Shown: piece by piece, positions 57,350 to 64,000 of the stretch
Numbering within the stretch: position 1 is the first letter of the stretch
Layout of the letters: each line of letters starts with the position of its first letter
Source: Diplonema japonicum
Lineage: Eukaryota; Protista; Euglenozoa: Diplonemea
Direction: 5' to 3'
Length of the DNA stretch: 64,000 bases
Assembly: GCA_964019335.1 (NCBI GenBank)
Contig: OZ025693.1
Coordinates: 62,001-126,000, forward strand
Made by a program: the position numbers and the translations under genes
Notes under the pieces: generated by a model
What the model was told of the DNA's origin: nothing
The model's input: the letters and a program-made list of their open reading frames with translations, nothing else
The model's database searches: none

Positions 57350-58597
57350 TTTTTTTTTCTTTTTTCCACCTTCCTTTTTTTTTTTTTTTTTTTTTTTTTC
57401 TTGTTTGTCTCAAAGTTCATCCCTTCCCCGTTTTTTTTTTTTTTAAACAGAGATATTCTGCTTTTTTTTTTTTTTTAAACTCTTACTGGGGTGTCCTCTA
57501 CTTGCTTCATCTAACGGAAGGCCTTCTCTTGAAGAGGGCATGTGCAGCACTGCTTCACTCAAGCGCAAGACCTATTAAAAAAACTAGTTTGGCGCTCCAT
57601 TTGTTTGTGCGCACGAGCGGAATTTTACCTAATAAAATAGCTCATTACGCTGCCATCAACTAGTTTTTAGTCTCGACAATAATATTGTTAAAACAAAAAA
57701 AAAAGCGGGGGAAATTTTGACCTCAATGATGTTGCTGGTAGTGATATTTTAGAGTCCAAATCCTCAGGAATACGATACGAGATCAAACATAGCAGGGGGT
57801 ATAGCCGGTTTGGCTGTCATGGTCAACAGCGTACGCCCGGCCAGGTAGAGCATTATCGAAACTAAGGGGGGAATTTTCAGCGTTTTAAAACCACAGGGAG
57901 ATTTATAAAACCTTGGGGGTCAGAAACCTTTCCCTCCTAAATTGATAGACCCTTGGGCATTCCTCAAATTTGTTTGATTTAAGGGGGGGGGGGGGGGGGG
58001 GGTCAAAGTTAGCAGTTTTCTCCGTTTCTTTTTAATGTGTCTTATTGGAAAGTGGAAGTAACGAATGGGGGGGAGAAACAATCAATAATACTGTAAAGTG
58101 GGAGGGGGAAAAAAAAAAACAAGAGACTGGACAGCTCATCATCAATATGGGGGAACTTCAAAACAGGGATGACAGCATTTAGTTGCCTTAATCATTCTTT
58201 TTTTTTTTCCTTCTTCTTTTCTTTTCCTTCTGACGAAAACCGCGTCTTTTCATTGACAAACTGACCAAAAAAAAAAAAGAAATCCCAAAAAAACAGGGAA
58301 ATCTTCCCACCCTTAGGTCATTTCATGGCCAAACTCCTCAGCGGACAGCACACCCGATGCAATTTTATACTTCCATATAACAAGAAGAGTCCTCCGGGCA
58401 GACAGTGGTTCAGGATCAAGAAAACTCGGGTATTTGTCAGTTCGGCATCCCCCCCACCACCACCACTTTACAGAAAATAATAATTAGAAAGAAAAAAGTG
58501 ATGCGTGAAAAGAAATGGGAAAAAAAAAAAAAGAAAAAGAAAAAAAAAACCCCCCACCCCCTCTTTAATTTAATTTCTAAAAGAAAAAAAAAAAACC

Positions 58598-61393
58598 TTA
58601 TCCTTTTGATTTTTTCTTCTTTTTCTTTGCTCGTTTCTTCCCCGGTTTCTTGCCGGGGGGCGTTGCCGGGTTCAAGAACGACTCGGCGACAGCAGGGTCG
58701 GTGGACGAGATAATGCAAACATTCCACTCAACATTAAGATCACGACAATCGTCATCATCGTCATCGTCATCATCATCATCGTCACTGTCACTGTCACTAG
58801 AAGCAACATCAGGACACTGCCTGAGAATTTCCGCTTGGAGACAAGGCGACACGGTTGTAGTAATCCGTGCCAGGAAGCACTTGTTAGTTTTACTAGTATT
58901 GTTGCCGTCATCATGAACAGCGATCTGCCCCTCGAGGTCAGTGTTGTCCTCTGTCGTCTGCATAGTCATACAAATGCGCTGGGTGTCGTTGATACGAATG
59001 TCAATAACAAGGAAGCCCTGCACATGAAGACGTGCGTTCACAGCACAGTACGGTTTGTCCCGAACGTGGCCTCTATACCTCGTCACGTCATTGCTCGTTT
59101 TTTCAAGGTAGATGAAAAAGTTTGTCAGTGCTTTAACTTGCCACCACCCTGTCATGTCGGCTACGCCACCTATGCTGCATTCTATTTCGCTGTCTGTGTC
59201 GGCGCTGTCTATCGAGGCCACCACACTCTCTGGGGAGTCCACTTCGCACGAACACTCTCCTTGTGCTGCGTCCAGTACCGCTTTGAACCTTTCTTGTATC
59301 TCATTGGCAATCCCCTTCGTAAAGCACGACGCCAGCGGAAGATCCGCATTTGCAAACAACCCCTTGATCTGTTTCTGTGTTGTTGAAAAAGAACAAAAAA
59401 AAAAAAAAAAAAAGAGTTTTTTTTTTTTAAAGGGAAAGGGGTGGGGTACCTTGTTGATGCACTGTCCCATCTCGTCGGTTCCTTCGTCTTTCTCGCCGGT
59501 GCTCAGCTTGGGTATAGTTTCGGATGAAGTGCGGAGCGCGGCTGCGGTGCTTGCGATAGCCACGAGTTCCTGCTGGGTTTGCCAGCTTGTCTCCAATGCT
59601 GCGTGCACATATATGTTTCCTGATGTGGAGTCGAACGTATTGTAATACGACCCCTGCATGCACCACAGCCCCAGGCAGTCCTTCCCCGCAGCCTCCATGA
59701 AAAGCGCTGTTCTGATGGAGTCATAGTTTTTGCGCCATGCGACGCCTAGCTCTGCTGACTGGCGTAGCATGTCGAAGCGCCCGAAGGCAGGTACTTCAGA
59801 GTCGTCACTGATGACGCTGCCTATTAGGTTTCCGTTGGGTTCTTGTTGGATCGCCAGCAGGTATTGAGACTCATTTTTTGACTTTTCACCCCCCACGTGG
59901 GTGATCTGCCACACCCCGCTCACGTTGACCTGGCACTCCGCGCACACCTTCGGCTCCTCGTCTGTGAAGGTCACCACTACCTTCGCATTCTTGTCCACCT
60001 TGCTGAAGTTGCAGTGCTGCGTGTCATACAAGCAATTGATAGCCGTTTGCGTGTCTTGCATGATCGCAACGCCTCTTCTGTTATATGTGCTCACAGACTC
60101 CCACACCCACGTGAACTGTGAGTGCCGCAACAAGACCTCTCCCAGCAGGTCCAAGTCAGCATCTGCGGGAAGGTACGAAAACCGGAGCATTTTCCCAGGC
60201 GCGGAAGATGCTGGTGCCTCAAGTTGCACACCCTTGCAGGACGTCATGCTGTTGGTGCTAATCGTGAAGTCGACCAGCCAGTCGCACATGATCACGGACA
60301 GTGTGTTCCCTCCGCTCTCCCCAACCACCGTTTTGTCCAGTTGCTTGATAGCAGCAAGGGCCTCATTCACGCACCCGTAGCTCACGACGGCGGTGTAGCC
60401 GTCGCTGTCGTCGGTGTCGTCGAAGCAGTACACGTCCTTCACCGTTCCCGCGGTGCTGAAAAGGGCATGCATCCGCTGGCACATGCTGGGCATGGAGGGT
60501 ATGTTGGACACCAGGACATGCGGTGCAGGAGTGCTGTGCATGGCATCAGGCGAAATAATAACAGCGTTCAACCCATGCTTCTTGACAGCCTCGGCGGCCT
60601 TGTTGCTGCGCACACACGCCCAAGCAGTCGTTGAGTCGACCGTTCCAAAGGCAAGCACTGGTGCAGCAGTGGAGATGATGGCCCGGAGCATGAGAGGAGT
60701 GTAGCACGACAGAGGAATGTGGAGGAAGGGCGACGACAACATAGGGGTGGGAGGGAGGAGGAGCAAGGGTGAAGGTTGGGAAGGGATGGTGATGCTGAGT
60801 AGGTTAGGGACTGAGAAGCGGGATCCGAGGGAGAATTTGAAAGCAGACCTCTCCTGTTCACGCTCTCTTTTCGTCAGCTGTTTCCACCTTCTGTTGAGGT
60901 GCACGCTTTGAACGGACAGCCGCTTCCGTTGTTCCGAGACAACCTCTGCCACTGACTCGTCAATTGCGGAGGCTGGCAGGACCAGCCCGCGAAGCTCTAC
61001 CACGGCAGCCTCTCGTTGCCGTACCTTTGCTTCTCGCTTTCTGAGGTTTTCTCGCTGTTCTCTATATTTTTCTTCCAGTTTCGCCTCGTAGTCCAACATG
61101 TCTGCTTGACGAATGTCGAGGTCCCGCTCTCTCCTCTGTAGTGCGTCCTCCTTCTCGCTTAGTTCCTGCCTCAGCTTATGAAGGCCCTCCATTCGTGTTG
61201 TATAAAGGTTCGCCAGCTCCTCCACGTTGTGCAGAGCGGTTTCAGAAGCGTCTTCCTTCTTCTGCAACAACCGGCTCAGTTCCACCTGTTCCTCTTCCTT
61301 GCAGTTCATCTTCATCTCCCGCAGCTTGAGCTCTTTCCACACCTTGCCTATCGACTCCATCATGTCATCAAATGCATATTGCGGCCCCGCCAT
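58598..61393 (-). CDS. Hypothetical protein: N-terminal coiled coil plus RRM-like domains; at least one frame-preserving intron (~59369-59449)
   Basis: RRM-like VLVSNIP...LFSTAGTVKDV...AVVSY...ALAAIKQLD; homopolymer segment bounded by GTACCC...ACAG. Confidence 0.7.
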   Translation of the reverse strand: MAGPQYAFDDMMESIGKVWKELKLREMKMNCKEEEQVELSRLLQKKEDASETALHNVEELANLYTTRMEGLHKLRQELSEKEDALQRRERDLDIRQADMLDYEAKLEEKYREQRENLRKREAKVRQREAAVVELRGLVLPASAIDESVAEVVSEQRKRLSVQSVHLNRRWKQLTKREREQERSAFKFSLGSRFSVPNLLSITIPSQPSPLLLLPPTPMLSSPFLHIPLSCYTPLMLRAIISTAAPVLAFGTVDSTTAWACVRSNKAAEAVKKHGLNAVIISPDAMHSTPAPHVLVSNIPSMPSMCQRMHALFSTAGTVKDVYCFDDTDDSDGYTAVVSYGCVNEALAAIKQLDKTVVGESGGNTLSVIMCDWLVDFTISTNSMTSCKGVQLEAPASSAPGKMLRFSYLPADADLDLLGEVLLRHSQFTWVWESVSTYNRRGVAIMQDTQTAINCLYDTQHCNFSKVDKNAKVVVTFTDEEPKVCAECQVNVSGVWQITHVGGEKSKNESQYLLAIQQEPNGNLIGSVISDDSEVPAFGRFDMLRQSAELGVAWRKNYDSIRTALFMEAAGKDCLGLWCMQGSYYNTFDSTSGNIYVHAALETSWQTQQELVAIASTAAALRTSSETIPKLSTGEKDEGTDEMGQCINKVPHPFPFKKKKLFFFFFFCSFSTTQKQIKGLFANADLPLASCFTKGIANEIQERFKAVLDAAQGECSCEVDSPESVVASIDSADTDSEIECSIGGVADMTGWWQVKALTNFFIYLEKTSNDVTRYRGHVRDKPYCAVNARLHVQGFLVIDIRINDTQRICMTMQTTEDNTDLEGQIAVHDDGNNTSKTNKCFLARITTTVSPCLQAEILRQCPDVASSDSDSDDDDDDDDDDDDCRDLNVEWNVCIISSTDPAVAESFLNPATPPGKKPGKKRAKKKKKKSKG

Positions 61394-62048
61394 GCCGCTC
61401 TAGTGGTTGCCTTGTTGAGTATTCTTTTTAAAAAGGTGGAGGATCTTGAATACAACTGAATAAATAAGATAAAAAGGGGGGTGGTTGGGAATATAAAAAA
61501 AAAAAAAAAGGAATGTGGAGCAGGAAGGGGTGTTGGAAAGGAAAAAAAAATACAAAAAAATAAAAAATAAAAAAGAAATCGAGCCCTGGAAGAGATACAT
61601 ACCAACAAAAAAAGGCGGGAAAAACATGGGGGGACCATATTGGTACGGAAGAGGGGGTGAAACAATAGGGCAGCGCACGGATTCAAGGGAGAAGGGCCAA
61701 CAACGGGGCCAACAACATAAAAAATAATAATAAAAAAGCGGAGGTGTGCGGTGGGAACTCTTACTATTGTATAAAAAGAAAATTTAAAAAAAAAAGAGTA
61801 GGGGTGACATTACTACTTTCTGTTTCTAACCAGTAAATTATCCTGAGTGTCTTCTTGCACTCGGCTGACTGGGGACAGGGCGAGGAGAAGGGCGGGATGA
61901 AAGGAGCGGAGTGCAGCTATTCAGAACAACAATGGGGTAGTGCCCTTGTATCTGGATTAGGTGCTCTAGCAATTTAGGGAATTTCTTCCTTTTTCTTTTT
62001 TTTTTTCTTCTCATTTTTTTTTTTTTTTTTTTAAATGTCGGAAGGCAC

Positions 62049-62606
62049 CTATTTCCCCTTCATCTGGATCATGACGTTCTTGAACTCCTCGAAGCTGATC
62101 TCACCGTCACGGTCCTCGTCGGCCTCAGCGATCATCTCCTGAAGCACATCGTCACCAGGGTTCTCGCCGAGGAGCTTTGCAACCTGTGGGTAAATGTTGT
62201 TGTTGTCACTGTTGTATCAATGTCACCACACCTCCTTCAGGTTGGCGAACGAGATCTTGCCAGTCTTGTCCATGTCGAAGAGCTGGAAGGCCTTGAAGAT
62301 CTCCTCCGGGGAGTCCTTCTGGGCCATCTTCGCCTGTTGTTGTGTGTTGGTGTAAAGATAAAAGAATTTCAAAAAAAAAAAAAAAATGCAAACCTTCATC
62401 ATCTTCTCGAACTCGGGGTACTCGATCAGCCCGTTGGCGTCGGTGTCGATGGAGCGGATCATCTTCTCGATCTCCTCCCTGGGCTGGTCCCCGAACCCGA
62501 GACCCTTCATCGCGAGGGCCATCTCCTCGGCGTCGATCGCACCGGAGCCATCCGCGTCGAAGAGGTTGAACGCCTCCTTAATCTGCTCGTCGGTGAGGGC
62601 GGCCAT
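62049..62606 (-). CDS. CEN4: Centrin copy 6
   Basis: Same protein and intron positions. Confidence 0.93.
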
Positions 62607-62848
62607 TTTTAGTGTTTAAAAAAAGTCGAAGGTAGTAAAGCTGCACGGCAAGCTACCCCCCCGCCAAAGCGACACACAAAATCGAAAATAGAATACAAGG
62701 AAAAAGAAAACTGATACACAAGAAGGAGAATAGGGAGGAGAGGGGAGAGGGTTTTTGCTACAAGTGACTCTCTACAATAATTAAATTGCATTGGCCCACG
62801 GTTTATACCATAGGGACTGTCTGTAAATCATCTTTTTTTTCTTCTTCT

Positions 62849-64000
62849 TTATCGGTCCCAAATCCGCTCCCTTGGTACGGAGCCCCTTGATTTGTAAGGA
62901 CTGGTTACAGAACAGGGCAGGGCAAGAGTTTCTTCATGTGGCGTACGGCGCAGATCGGAAAGAGGGTGAAGCTGAGGAGAAGGGTCGGTGAACTGAAGGC
63001 GTGGGACAAAAGTGCCAGGGTCCTCGAGACCCACACCAGGGATGAGGGGGCGATAAATCAAGGGCTGTGCATATTTTTTTGCCTTGTGTTTTATTTCAAG
63101 CATACCTGCCCGTCATTGCGCCGTTTGAGCAAGTCGGTTCGTCTGGCAGCCTCCATTCGCCTCATGGTGCTTGCCTCCATAGACTCTTCATCGTAGATGC
63201 CGTACTTGTCCCTTGCGTCTTCTATAGTGGTGTCCTCTCTGGCTGCCTTCATCCTGTACTCAGTGTTCAGCTCCCTCACACGTTCGTCTTGTGACAACAA
63301 TGTCCTCTCATTAAAGCTCTCCTCCTTCTTCTGCGGTACGGGCGGGGCAGGGGCCGGTAGTGAAAAGGAGCTCAGCCCTGTGTCTGTCTCCCGCCGTGGG
63401 GGTACCCCACGTATCCTCTCCTCGATCATCGACTGCAGCACTGCCGTCTCCGTCTCATCAAACGGCAGCACCGCTGTACTGTGCTGTGGCGTAGCTTGCG
63501 TGTTGCTCCGCTCGCTGTACACATTTAGTGCGGGGGACGGAGCTGCCGGAGGAAGCGGTAGGTGCGGGTACGCTACACTGTTGTACTGCGTAGGCGGCAC
63601 GCTGTACGCAGGTGGCGGTGATATGACCTGCCGGGACATTATGTTGTCCTCGCGGTTCCTCAGCAAGGCGGGCTGTGCTTCTAAAAGGCCCGAGTCTTTC
63701 AGACTGAACCCCCCCGAGACCTCCCTCCCGTCTGCTGTGAGCAACACCTGGTCGTGGATCGGTACACCGGAAGCCTGTGCCAACAAGGTTTTTATTTTAG
63801 TTATGGTGGCTGTGAGCCTGATGTTGGGGAATCTGTATTCCTTGCCGTCTATCTGTGACTTCACCTTCAGCATGGTGGTTGGCGGTTCGCTGGCGTTGAG
63901 AGGTGGCCTGTGCGGCTTACCTGTACTGGGGCAGTACGGGGCTGTGTCGTATGTCCCGCCGCATGCATTGCACTCCCCTGCAGGGAGGGCGGCAGTCGTT
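62849..64000 (-). CDS. Ubiquitin-like domain protein with upstream CxxC-C-H zinc motif; 5' end probably outside the window
   Basis: Frame open from the window edge (CNACGGTYDTAPYCPSTGKPH) into Ubl TITKIKTLLAQASGVPIHDQVLL; intron ~63065-63105 GTATGC...ACAG. Confidence 0.72.

Noticed and set aside
8266-63105. Non-canonical (non GT-AG) euglenid/diplonemid-type introns
   Set aside because: Every intron I could reconstruct has GT...AG ends
1-64000. Numerous plus-strand and poly-Lys/poly-Phe ORFs in the track
   Set aside because: They are antisense shadows of GC-rich minus-strand exons or translations of homopolymer tracts
483-64000. Stop-codon reassignment
   Set aside because: Long conserved ORFs are open in the standard code, and TAA, TAG and TGA all occur as terminators

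Overview
This is a eukaryotic nuclear window, almost certainly euglenozoan. The six centrin copies encode a 149-aa protein of the kinetoplastid centrin-4 type, and the many short GT-AG introns point to a diplonemid-like rather than trypanosomatid genome (inference). All ~30 credible genes lie on the minus strand across 64 kb, separated by spacers full of long A/T and G/C homopolymers. Reading through 37-80 nt introns joins fragmented ORFs into complete genes: VPS28 x2, two histidine phosphatases, GH2 beta-mannosidase, PRP31, a VIT1/CCC1 transporter, TEL2, a tyrosine kinase-LRR-WD40 fusion, an EF-hand cyclic-nucleotide-gated channel, a P2X receptor homologue, a beta-class amino-methyltransferase-like protein, an AAA ATPase, proteasome alpha-3, a laminin-EGF multi-TM surface protein, a 2OG-Fe(II) oxygenase and six identical centrins. 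The most unusual signals are: (1) many introns have GTATG donors and poly(A) or purine tracts instead of a polypyrimidine tract, one being 44/47 purine; (2) a ~45-nt poly(A)-tailed repeat occurs five times in one orientation, mostly just downstream of stop codons; (3) centrin and VPS28 paralogues show CDS-bounded homogenisation; (4) a set of small mobile elements, namely a hAT derivative with a 6-bp TSD, a TA-flanked TIR element, a tRNA-headed SINE-like element, a ~170-bp palindrome and retroelement fragments. No database searches were run; family calls rest on motif recognition.
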